From assembly GCA_900088475.1 (NCBI GenBank), contig FLMG01003845.1:1-37387 (forward strand): a stretch of 37,387 nucleotides of DNA. Direction: 5' to 3'. Positions 9,087 through 24,080 of the stretch are shown here, piece after piece. The translations under genes were made by a program, and so were the position numbers. The DNA is from Hyphochytrium catenoides (Eukaryota; Protista; Hyphochytriomycota). Positions within the stretch are counted from its first letter, which is position 1, and each line of letters starts with the position of its first letter. The notes under the pieces were generated by a model. The model was not told where the DNA came from, made no database searches, and worked only from the letters and a program-made list of their open reading frames with translations.

Positions 9087-12000
9087 TTCGTCGATTCTTT
9101 GTTCTGTTTGGAGTACGGCGCTCTTGCTCACTTCCACCTTTATGATGATGCGCTGGTCCTTTGTTGCTTGATATCTATTCCTATCGAAAAGCACTTCCGG
9201 TCTTCCCTCCTGTTTTTCCCTTCGTATCTTGGTCAGTCTCTTTTCTTTTTATGGAAGGGCGACGACGAGATGAACGGTCCGTGGAAAGTTAAACACTGAT
9301 GAAGCCTGCCACGCCTTCTGCACGTGCATGCATTTATTGGTGCAATTGGTTCCCACACCGTCCCCTTCTTTACCTCGTTTAACTAGACGCTCGAAATTCC
9401 CTAACAGCCTTTATGTCACTGCCTTTCTTCCACTCAAGCTGCCGTTGTGAGGAAGTCCTCCACGTCCTTATTGGGTCTGCCAATATCGTCCTGTGTATGT
9501 CCCTTAAAGGGCGCGAAGGCGTCCTTTGTTCGTCAGCCTACTTTTCTCATCCTTACCGTCAACATAAGCAGAGATCTCGACCCATAGGCTGAAACGAAAG
9601 GGGATCGAAAGCGAAAGAAGAATTTACCAAACAGTTGTCCTCCAGAGCGAGGAGAGGGGAGAAAGTGACGTGGAAAGAGAGGAAGAAGTGTTCATGCAGG
9701 AGGAAGAGACGGGAGGCTTGAGGAGGGTGCGGGTTGCAAAAGCAGGCCATGAATAAGGCAGCAGATGATAGGAGGTGTGTACTTCTACGTAGCCTCTCCG
9801 CACAGCTGGAAGAAGAGAACAGATAGAACTACTTCAAAGAAAGTGCAGCCAACCATAGGCCCGGTGCTCTGCTCGCCCCAAGCAGGGCAAGCAGGCTCAG
9901 GCTTCGCACAACGCCTGAAGGACCTGATATCTCCCTCCAACCTTCTTCCTTCCTTCCTTCCTTCCTCCACCATGCCTCTCTATGTCACTCCTCAGGTGGG
10001 AGAAGCAGCCCCAGTCAGTCAGGAGTAGAGAGGTCAAGACCTAAAGGCCTTTAGCTGCTGCTGGGCTGCTCGATGTCGTCGGCGTGTCTTGGTTCCCTGC
10101 CGGATGATTGACTGATTGAATGATGTGACCGCCCGCCGCACAAAGACCGCCATCAAACTCTCCCTTGCACTCCTTCTGACCCTGTACAAAGCTTCCTCCT
10201 CCCAGTCGGCAGTGTACATAGGAAGGATCGAGGGTAAAGAGAGGAAGAAGAACTCTGTCTCTCTGTCTCTCACTGCCATTCAAGGATGTAGTCGTTCATG
10301 GCTGTACGGAGGGTTGTACACATTGAAGAACAGAGAACACGCTGGAACTGCCAAGGGAAGAAGAGTGGCCCCTGAGCCCCCAACACTTTTAGATAGTCTC
10401 ACTGTACAGAGAAAGAATTAGACTCCATTCGCCAAAGCGACATTATGGGGATAATTAGTCATACGCCTCACCGGCGGAATAGCATATCTCATCAGTGTAA
10501 CATATATATATATAGCCTTCTGAGGACCTACATTTCAGTGACCACGCCTTATTACGAATAGAATTGGGTGAAGGGGCACTGATGTACTGTAGAAGTGTAT
10601 GATCAGACGAGTCTGGAGAGGCAATAAATGATAGCTGGAGCTCTTGAGTGTACAAAGTTATTGTCCTACACATGTCGTAGGTTTATCTGATGAATCACCA
10701 TCACTGCCAAGAGAGGGCGATTGTAGGCCTTAGGTGCCAACCAGGGGCAAGAAGAGAACCACAGCGACATCATCAATCCAGCAGAGAGGATTCTATGGGG
10801 TTTCCTGACCAAATGATCCCCTCCGCCTTGTCGATTAGCTAATAATGATGTATCTCTGACTGTCCTCCTCCTATTATGCGCTCAAGAGTCAGGAGACTGA
10901 GAGCTCTCTTCTACTTGGACCGTGGTCGGCACATCTTCACTAGCTTTGGACTATTTTCGACAGATGTGGCATTGTGGGGACTGTCGCTTCTCTCTCTGCC
11001 ACTGCGTAGAACTACATACAAAAGTTTGACCTCTTACAACAGAGCACTAGTTCCTACTGACATGATTCTCCAAACAATGTACTGCCTCAGTCAGCGCACA
11101 TCGAGGATGCGGTTCTGGGTCAGCTTTCCAGATGATCTTGGCTTTGGAGGGCTTCTCTTCTTACAAGAAAGAGAGGCTTTGTTTGTGCTCTTCTTTGCTA
11201 GCCTGCTCTGCTGCTCTTTATGTGGCCCACTAGTTCCTACTAGTTGTTACTGTTGTGGTGTGCGTCGTGAAGACAGTTTGCCTGACCAGTTATGTGCAAT
11301 CAACGGCAAATAAAGTACTACCGCAGACCTCCTTTGTTCTCGGTCTAGGAGAGCTGGTGCAGGCAAGCACCAGTAGGTCATGACCGCCTCTTTGGTGCAC
11401 TGTGGTTCGTGTTTGTCTGCCTCTCCTTGTCCACCAACAGCTGCTTAGCGGGCCGCCACTCTAACTCATAAACCGCCTTAGCTTCCTGCTCGAGTTCTCT
11501 GATGCTTCAAGCACGAATAGACTCCAGCTACTCATAGACAGGCCAAACTGAAGACCTACTTGATGATTTACAAGGGATATTCTGCTCTGTACATATTTTG
11601 GGAGAGAGTCACCAAGCAATAATAGGAACAGACTCTTTTGTTATCGATGATGTGATTCGACGACATATACTCTTCTAGTTACCTGTTTATTTATTATCCT
11701 GGAAGAAGGGGCGGCCTCTCAATCGATCTAATGCTGTCCTTGCTTCCGTTTCAGCATTTACTGGCTGAATAGTTTCCCAACATCGTCACCTACTTTCTAA
11801 GCATTGATGATGAATCAATGGAACATAGTAGAAAGTAACACTGGCAACCTTATCATGTATGCGCTACAGTCGTACCTCATCCTACCAGTAGTCGCGCGGA
11901 CGATAATAATATCACACTACTACAACGACTTTTGCTCCGGAGGGGCCAATTAAGTCGATGCGGCACCCGTGCTATCGAGATGGAATCGGAGGGCAGCATA

Positions 12001-12423
12001 CTTGAGAAGGAGCCGCCCCTCAGTTTGAGTCGTCGACCTTTTACGAGAAACCAGTCATCACTATGATGTGGATGATGATGTCGACCAGAAAGAGTTAACA
12101 CTTCTATTTGTTACGGCTGTGCTAGTATATAGAGCCGCTATCTGGGGCTGTCCTTTATGGCATTATTATTCCACTGCTGATTGAGGGTGTAGGCTTCTTT
12201 GGAGCGGGACGTTGTTGGATGAAGAGCACCTGCTTTTTTGCCACTTCAATAAGCTTCAGTTGATAATAGTGCTATCAAGCTGCTCTATTTATTATTGATG
12301 ACAGAACCGTTCTTCTTCCTGCTTTCTTTACTACTGCCATGGAGCCAAGTGGTGCTGCTCCTCTCTGTTCGCACCAGCCAACATGTCACCGGCGGACCTC
12401 CCTCTTCCTCCCAGCGCCCTACA

Positions 12424-12483
12424 ATGTCATCATCATCATTATGCCATCATCACCACGTAACATCATCACCCATCATCAACAAC
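12424..12483. repeat. Degenerate (CAT)n microsatellite
   Basis: tcatcatcatcattatgccatcatcaccacgtaacatcatcacccatcatcaac. Confidence 0.6.
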
Positions 12484-13212
12484 TAAGAAAAAAAGTCTAC
12501 AATCTGTGGGTCATACAGACTATGACAGAGCGAGGCCATCCTCCACCTGAAGCTCAGCTCTTGACAACCTCATAGTCTAACATTCTACAAAGATAGAAGA
12601 AACGGCGATCGTACAACAACAACGAACTAGGTTGCCTATAGTTCTAACTCTGTTTGTGCACCCTCCCCAACGTCGCGGTGCCAGCCGGTAGGGATACCTG
12701 TTAGCGTCCGTGAAAGGCCAGACGAAGTCTAGCCTGTACCGGCTCTCGCTTCTTCTCTCCTCCACCCGCAGTGCCACTTCCTCCTCCTCCTCCGCAGTCT
12801 ATTGCTGCTGCGCCAGGCGTACCTCTTTCTTCCCTCGGTCTCGCTATTTCTCCCTCATTCCCCTACCTTTATGAGACACCCCTCCTGCCTCTTTGAATTC
12901 TGTCTCCTGCTGCTCCGTGACTCTGTCTGCCACGTTCTTACTCCGAGTAGTTGTTTTCCCTCTTGCTGGCTGGGCTGTTGCTGCTGCTTTCCTTCTTTCT
13001 CCTCTCCTGTCAGTTGACTTGACCTTCTCTCGACGGCACTGTCTCCCTCTTCGCCGTCATCTCAAGGGTCTTCTCTGTTTAGCGGCCTCCAGGAGACAGA
13101 ATCCTTTCTCTTCAGGAAGTGGGACGCCGATATATTTAGAGAAAGGGACAAAGAGAGTCCCCACAGTGGAGATAAGTGAGGAGGGGAAAGCCCGCGAAAC
13201 GGGTTAGGACAG

Positions 13213-16200
13213 ATGATCTCGCGAGCTTACTCTGGAGGACGGCAGTCTGCCTCTCTGCTGCAGGGGATGGCTATCAGGAGCTCTTCCCTCCATGCTCTTT
13301 CTTCGCCTCTCCCCAAGCCCTCTTTTTCTCTATCATCAGCTCGCAGTCTTTCCTCAGCAGGAGAGATGCTCGGCGGCGGGGCAACCGACTTTGACGTCGT
13401 GGTCATCGGAGGAGGACACGCGGGGACAGAGGCAGCAGCAGCAGCGGCACGCGCAGGTGATTGGGACGAGAGACATGAGGAGTGAAGGAGTAAAGGGATG
13501 ATGGCTGAGCGTCCGGTGTTGCTAATGCTTCTGTCGATTCCTCTTCCGGCCAATTAGTTCCTCTACCTCTTCCTCTCCTTTGCGCTGCTCGTCCTTCGCT
13601 TTCGAATTTCTATTCTTCAAGTTTGACCCTCGTTATGCTCACTGCCGTCTCCCTTCCAGGAGCAAGGACCGCACTGATTACTCAGAAGCTGGACACGGTG
13701 GGCGAGATGTCATGCAATGTAAGTGCAGAAGAGAGATAGATTGATATATATATATATAGAGAGAGGGAGGGAGAGACAATGAGACGAACCTTAGGAGAGG
13801 CGCTCTCGTGCTTGTGGCCGACAGAAGAGTTGCTGTTATTGGTTCCAATATGCAGAGCTGGTCCTCTTGCCTTAACGTTGTTTTCCTTTCTCTCTCACCT
13901 CTCCTTTCTCTTTCCCCGTCTCTTCCCTTCCTTTAGCCATCTATTGGTGGAGTTGGGAAAGGAACACTGGTTCGAGAGATTGACGCGCTGGACGGTATCA
14001 TGGGCAGGGCAGCGGACAACGCAGGCATACAATTCAAGGTCCTACCACTTTGGTGTCGTTTCTCGTTCGCTTATAGTTGATTGCTCCCCTGTCCTCCCTT
14101 TGCTCGCCGTCACACCTACCACTTTAACAGCTTCTCTTTGAACTGTCTTTGATCCTTCTTCCACATTTTGCTTGCTCTCTCTCTCTCTCTGCCTCTCTCT
14201 CTTTCTCTCTCTCTCTCCGTGTCTCACTTCCCCTGTCTATCCACTTCATACATTCTGCGCCGTCTCCGATGTCTCTCCTCATTGCCTCTGACCATCGTCC
14301 TGGAGCACTCACAGCCTCACTCTCTTTCCAATATGCAGATTCTCAATCGCTCGCGCGGGCCGGCTGTCTATGGCCCTCGCGCCCAGATGGACCGTGATTT
14401 ATACAAGAAAGAAGTGCAGAAACTGTTAAGAGAGACACCTAATCTTTCTCTCCTAGAAAAGAGCGTTGAAGACTTAGAACTGCATCCTCAGAAAGAGATT
14501 GTTCAAGGTGTCGTGTGTGCTGACGGTGAGACGATCTCCTGCAAGACAGTGGTGATCACCACAGGGACATTTCTTAGGGGTATAATTCACCTGGGAAGCA
14601 AGAGATATGCCGCTGGGAGACATCTAAGAGACAGGTCAGACCATGAGTGCCGAGGAACCTCTTGAACATTCTTTGTCTGTAGACACCTTCCTTCTCTTCC
14701 AATCGCCCGCTTGCGAAGCACTTCAGTCTGCGCTGTATCTGTTAGTTAGTTACCTGCTGCCACTTGGAAGTCTCGATCGCTATAGATTTTGCCCAACCTC
14801 CTTGGACCTCGAGGGACCCAGTTCTATCCGCTCCCATATGTGCCTCTGCCTGTCCTCTGGCCTACACATTTCACTATCCGGGCGCTTGTAAATCGCTCTT
14901 TCAGCGACGGGCTAATGGTACTTCTCCTGCTGCCTTCTTCTCTGCTATCGCTTGCGCTCTTGTTTCCACTTTTTCCATCCTCTACCTCTCAGCGAGGAGG
15001 TGGAAGCTCCTTCAGTGGGTCTGGCGGCGACTCTGGAGCGCTTCAAGTTCCCTCTTGGCCGACTGACTACGGGGACACCTCCCAGACTTGACAGCAGGAC
15101 TATCAACTACGAAGGTTTCAAGTGATTGCCTCCATTAATGTCTTCTAATGTCTCGCTCTTACCCTGATTCTTGCTGCTCCTCCACTGTCTCTTCCACTCC
15201 CTCGTCAGCCCGGTTCAAGCAATGCGCTTAGTTTGCTTGGCGGCTTGCAATGTTTGTGCTCTCTGCCCCTTATTTTCTCAAGGTTCCTTCCTTATTTTAG
15301 CTTTGGCCCCCGTCTTCGTTTGTGCCTCCACTATCCTCTCGCAGGTACTTTTGTCCTCACCCTCGGCATCTCTCTATATCTCTCCGCAGGCCTAACGGTG
15401 CAGGAGAGTGATGACCCCCCGACCCCTTTTTCATTTCTTCACGAGGGAGAGAGAGTCAAGCTCTGGGATCAGCTGGTACATTGCCATCAGACCTACACCA
15501 ACGAGCAGACCCATAGCCTTATCAGAGAAAATAAACACCTCCTACCGACATTCACGTTCAATGAAGGGAAAGGCCTGGGACCCCGGTAAGTGTATAACGA
15601 GATTGGCAATGCTCGGTGAGAGAGGGTGGAGAGATGAACAGAGGGTGCTCTTATTCGGTAGGAAGGGTCTGTCTTGGTACTCACTCTCTATGCTTCTCTG
15701 TGCCGTGCGCCAATGTTGACCTGCTGTGACTTCCAACCTATTCGCTTAAGGTATTGTCCTGCGTTGGAGAAGAAGATCATCCGCTTCCCTGACCGAGAGC
15801 GGCATCAAGTGTGGCTAGAGCCTGAAGGACTAAACTGCCCTGTTGTGTACCCGAATGGTATGCCTTGTTTCTTTGCTCACGTCGTTTCCGTCCGTCGCGG
15901 AAGGCTTCTCTCCCTCTTCGTTGTATCTCAAGAGGTCTGCTTACGCCTACTGATTTTGTTGTGCCATCTGTGGCTCCCTGTCTCTTCATTTCCACGCTCT
16001 GACTCCCGCTGTCTCTCTCTCGGGTACCCTATGTGTAATACCATTCCGATAGGTATCAACACTGCTTTCCCAGAAGAGGTACAACTCTCCATTATAAGGA
16101 CAATCAAGGGTAAGAAGGTTCTGTTTATGGGTGCTCCGCGGCGACTCTCTCTCTCTCACTCTCTCTTCAGACTACTGTCGTTTGTAGGGCGTTCGTTGGC

Positions 16201-18996
16201 CTTGTCTTTCTTGTCTCTCTAGCAAACGTGTCCTCCAGTCTCTCACTTTTCTTGGGCCCTTCTAAACTCTCATCCGCCTGTCCTCCCCTGTCTGCTTATG
16301 TGTGATGGCTTGTTCTAGGGCTGGAGGAGGTGTCTATGATCCGCCCAGGCTACGCGGTTGAGTATGACTTTGTGGATCCGCGATCACTGTTGCCTTCTCT
16401 CGAGAGCAGGATACTTCCTGGCCTCTTTCTCGCGGGACAAATCAATGGGACCACCGGTGAGAACATAAGGATAGAGATAGAGAAAGAGAGGAGGTAGCAG
16501 GAGGCAAAGGTGAAGCTGATGAGAGAATGTAGAGAGACTAGAAATGACTCAAAAGGGAGAATTAAGCGGGGCTGACATCCTGGTTGCGTGGGCTCTTTAT
16601 GGACAACACGGATGGGAGTTCCTCTTTCTTGAGTCTGAGGATTCTCGCTTTTTCTCCTCCTCTTCCCTTGCCTATTGCGCGGCTGCATCCCTATCCTTTC
16701 CTTATCCCCAGCTACTTTGCTCACACTTACCTTCACATGCTCTTCCCTGCAGGATATGAGGAAGCAGGAGCGCAGGGCATCATTGCCGGCGCCAACGCCG
16801 CTCTGTCAGCTCTGGGGAAGGAGCCACTGGTGCTGGACCGCGCAGATGCCTTCATTGGAGTTCTCATAGATGACCTCGTAACGTTAGGGACCAAGGAGCC
16901 CTACAGGTGACTCTTTTGCTGTCTCGTTGTGTCGAACTGTACCAGTTCGGGCTTACTCTCATCTTCGTTGGCCTCCTCTCTTTGCGCCATGAGAATGGAT
17001 TTATCCGTTCAGGGGCGACCAGCTTGCTCACTTCCCTCAACGCTTGCTGGCTCTCTCTTTAGTCTCTTATTTCTTGAATCTTCATTTGCCTAGGCGGCTG
17101 ACTAACACTTCACTGTTCTTAATTGGAGCAGAATGTTCACCTCCAGGGCCGAGTACCGCTTGTCCCTCAGGCCGGTAAGTCTCTCATGCAAGCTCTTATG
17201 CCTGAGGCTTTGAGCTCTGCTTTATGTGTCTCGGTGTCTCCAGGTCCCTCTCCTGTCGTACCTTGCTTGGCTATCTTTTCTAGGACTGAGAGCTCACTTC
17301 CAATTCTCGTGTTTCATTTCATCCTGTTCATCTGTCTCTCATTTGTAGATTCTCTCTTGCCGTTCACCTGCTCACCAGTCTCTTGGTGTCCCGTCTTTCT
17401 TGTCTTATCAAGGATAACTGCGACCTGCGCCTCACGGCGCTGGGCTTCGAGAAAGGCTTTGTAAGCGAGGAGCGAATGAACAAGCTCACAGAGAAGCAGA
17501 AGAGGTTATCGGAGGCGAGATCGATGCTCCAGTCCTTCCAGCTGACCAGCTCGCAATGGAAGGCGCGAGGCTTCAATGTAAAGCAGGACGGAGTGACCAG
17601 AAGTGCTTTCCAAATGTTGGGATACAATACAGGTTAGTCAGAACGAGAAAGAGATTTCAGGGAAAGGGGCAGGTCATGGGCCGCTCTTTAGGCTGAGAAA
17701 GGACCTCGAACGGAAGAGTAAAATCTTTGATCAGAAGAGGCGAATGAATGATTAGTCGGACGCCTTAGCAGCCGGGACTCATCCCGCGGGATAGAGAACA
17801 AGGAAGAGGGGCATTCGTCAAAGAGATGCAATTTCTGCTTGCGATTCCCTTTCTAGAGTTATTGGCTCAAGGCACCTGTCTTTTCTTTAGTGACCTCTGA
17901 AGAAGTGCTAGGAGCATTAGCTGCAGAGGACGGTGTGCCGGGTAAGCCTTCTCTTTCTATCCTCTTAATGCGTCTATCCTTCAAAGAAATATGCGAATGT
18001 TGGCACTTTCGTACTGCCGTTGGCAAGGGCGTTATCGTCTCTCTCTTTTCCTCTTCCCTCGCCTAGCCTCTCTATCTTTGGGTCTGATCTCTGGCCCATA
18101 CTCTCCATTGTCCCCTTACTATACGCTGTCCTTCGCATAGATCACTTTCCTTGGTTCTGATTGTTCTAAAGGCCAACTCACTCGCTTCCCTCGCGCATTG
18201 CGCCTATGTCCCAATCTCTCTTGCAGGCTTCTCACTAGACGATGTGGATCCAGTGGTCTACTCACTTCTCTCCATCGAGTCAAAGTACAAGGGCCATCTG
18301 CAAGCTCAAGAGAGAGAGATCGAGCAGTTCAAGAAAGGGCAAAGTGTCAAGCTTCCGCCCAATGTTAACTATGAAGAGTTGGGCGCCCTGAGCAAGGAAG
18401 AGGTGGAGAAACTGACAGAAGCGAGGCCTGAGACTGTCTATGCCGCTAGTAGAATATCAGGTGGAACGCTCACATGTCCTTCCTTGTCTGTTAGCCATCC
18501 TGAGTACCTCGTCTCCCTCTGAAGCCTACGCACAAGACAGTCTTCTCGTTTCCTCTGTAGAGTGCTCTCTCTCTCATCAAAGACTGCTTTCTAGATTGGG
18601 CCCTGAATGTTCTGCTTTGCTTGTCACACCTCTCTCCTGCTGATGGCAACACCAACTTACTGAGCTCTGCGAGGACTATCCATCTCTAAAGCTCCTAGGA
18701 CCCTCTTATCTATCTTCTTTCGTGGAGCGATTCTGTCCATGAATTAGTCTATGTATCACTCTGTTTCTTCTCTCCATATCCCAAGTATTTGTCCTCACAT
18801 GGTCTGCCTCTTGTTAACTTTTGTCTGTCTCTTCACCGCTCCGCTACCCCTAGGGATCAAGTCCAGCACCCTCGTGTTGCTGTATAAGCTTGCCACCAAG
18901 GCTCAGCAGCAGCACCAGGAGGACGGAAGAGAGAGGCACAGTCCAGAAGCAGGCGGGAGCCGAATACAGAGACTCACAGCGGAAAGAGGAGCTTGA
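13213..18996 (+). CDS. MTO1: Mitochondrial tRNA wobble-uridine modification enzyme MTO1 (GidA/MnmG family), ~721 aa, 15 exons
   Basis: Exons: 13213-13456, 13660-13718, 13937-14038, 14339-14634, 14993-15114, 15390-15585, 15751-15857, 16053-16109, 16319-16456, 16753-16906, 17132-17174, 17413-17632, 17891-17941, 18227-18460, 18854-18996 (2166 nt, all GT-AG, in frame). Motifs: [76 protein letters not shown]. The Ser/Arg-rich N-terminus resembles a mitochondrial presequence. Confidence 0.96.
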
Positions 18997-19318
18997 GAGT
19001 CATCCCATTTAATATAATTTATGATACGCGCAGTACAAGAGCTTGTTGTCCAGCGGAAGCAATGTATCCCCCAAAAGAGAGATGCAGAGAGATGAAGGAA
19101 CAGAGAGAGAGAGAGCGCGAGAAAGAAAATGTAAGTCAAGACAAAGAAAGAGAAGAGAAAGGCGTCCATGGATAGGTCGGCTAAATGCCCTAATTACTGC
19201 CCGCGATGTGGCTGACGTAAAGAAGAAGACTAGAGTGGCATGTCTCGTGTGGTCTTCACCTGCATTCTGTCATAAAGAGAATTTATGGAGTGCCTCTTGT
19301 CATGCCCTTTCTTTCTTC

Positions 19319-22896
<3,578 letters not shown>

Positions 22897-24080
22897 AGGT
22901 CCGGCTATTCTGGGTTAGAGAGCTAGCTGAATGGGGGCAGACAACCGTCAAGCCAAGCCGCGAAAATGGAACAGGAGGATAGTGCAAGAAAAGAATGAAA
23001 GAACGAAAGTGCTGATACCCTTTGCCAGGAGTGGCTAGCCCTCGCCCAGAGTGGTCTACCTGACCATTACGAAGTCGAAGCCTGCAGCAATAGTTCCCGA
23101 AGGACCGATCAGCTTTTGAATAAATACAAAGCTGTACTGACGCCAGAACCTATCGTGCTAGTTAAGCAGAAACGCTAGCACAAAACCCTCGGTTGGGCTA
23201 GGAGCAGTAGAGGTTTGGACCTAATGTCTAATGTCCGTCGTGTAAAGGACTCATTTCTGAAGCCCCCAGCAATTAGGAAATGTATGAGTTAACGGGATTC
23301 TGGAGATCAGCGGCCTGCTGTGAACCGTAAAACAGCGCGAGCGGAAATGAGGAAGAGGGAACACAAAATCCCAATGCAGATTGGCAATCGGAACGATATC
23401 GGCAACTAAATCCCCGATACATGTACACAGGACAGCTCACAGGACACACAGGACATGCTACTGTACAGCACTGTAACTGTTTGAATTCATGATACAGCGA
23501 CCCAGAACATGTTGATATATAATAATTGCTCCATTCCTGGCCTTATCAAGAACTCGTCCGGTGTACATTGCTGGGGTAAGGGATCAGAAGCACGATAAAA
23601 CATCACCTCTCTCTCCCTTCCCCCCTTCCTCTCTATCTCTCTCTGTCACGCTCGCTTTCCTCTGTCTTGCGTCCCTCTTCTCTCCTCCCTGTCATTCTCT
23701 GTCTCTCTCCTGCTCTGTCTCGTTCTCTGTCTCCCCCTCCTTGCTTTCAACCGCGATGACAAATCTTCAGAATGCCCATCAAGATACTGCCCTACCTTCA
23801 CATCCCTCTCAACGATAATCTGTTCTTCCTCGTCCATCCCTTCCTCCTTCTTGCCGGCCGCCGTCCGTCGTCCTTAGCGGATCTATCCAGGGATAAATGG
23901 AGACTCTGACGCTTCACTTTTGTTGTCTAAAGCTTTTCTAAGCAGCTCCTCTCAGGGCTGTCAAGAGCCATGACGAAAGAGGTAATCAGGTAGCAAATTC
24001 CTTCCTCTTCGTCTTGAAGGGACAAGAGCGTGGAGATTCAGCGAGGCAGACGGGAGAAGACGGAGATTGTAGATAGCAGG
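22897..24080. promoter_or_regulatory. Divergent intergenic region between PRP4K and TTI1 (candidate bidirectional promoter)
   Basis: Head-to-head start codons ~1.2 kb apart. Central segment 23417-23480 has three copies of cacaggaca and clustered actgta. A candidate 5'-UTR donor gtaag lies at 23576. Confidence 0.5.

Noticed and set aside
9559-13207. Short ORFs in the 9.5-13.2 kb interval as genes
   Set aside because: No recognisable domains or consistent exon chain. They are more likely UTR sequence or decayed repeats.
13213-18996. Bacterial mnmG/gidA by contamination or recent HGT
   Set aside because: Fourteen spliceosomal introns and a presequence-like N-terminus indicate the native nuclear MTO1.
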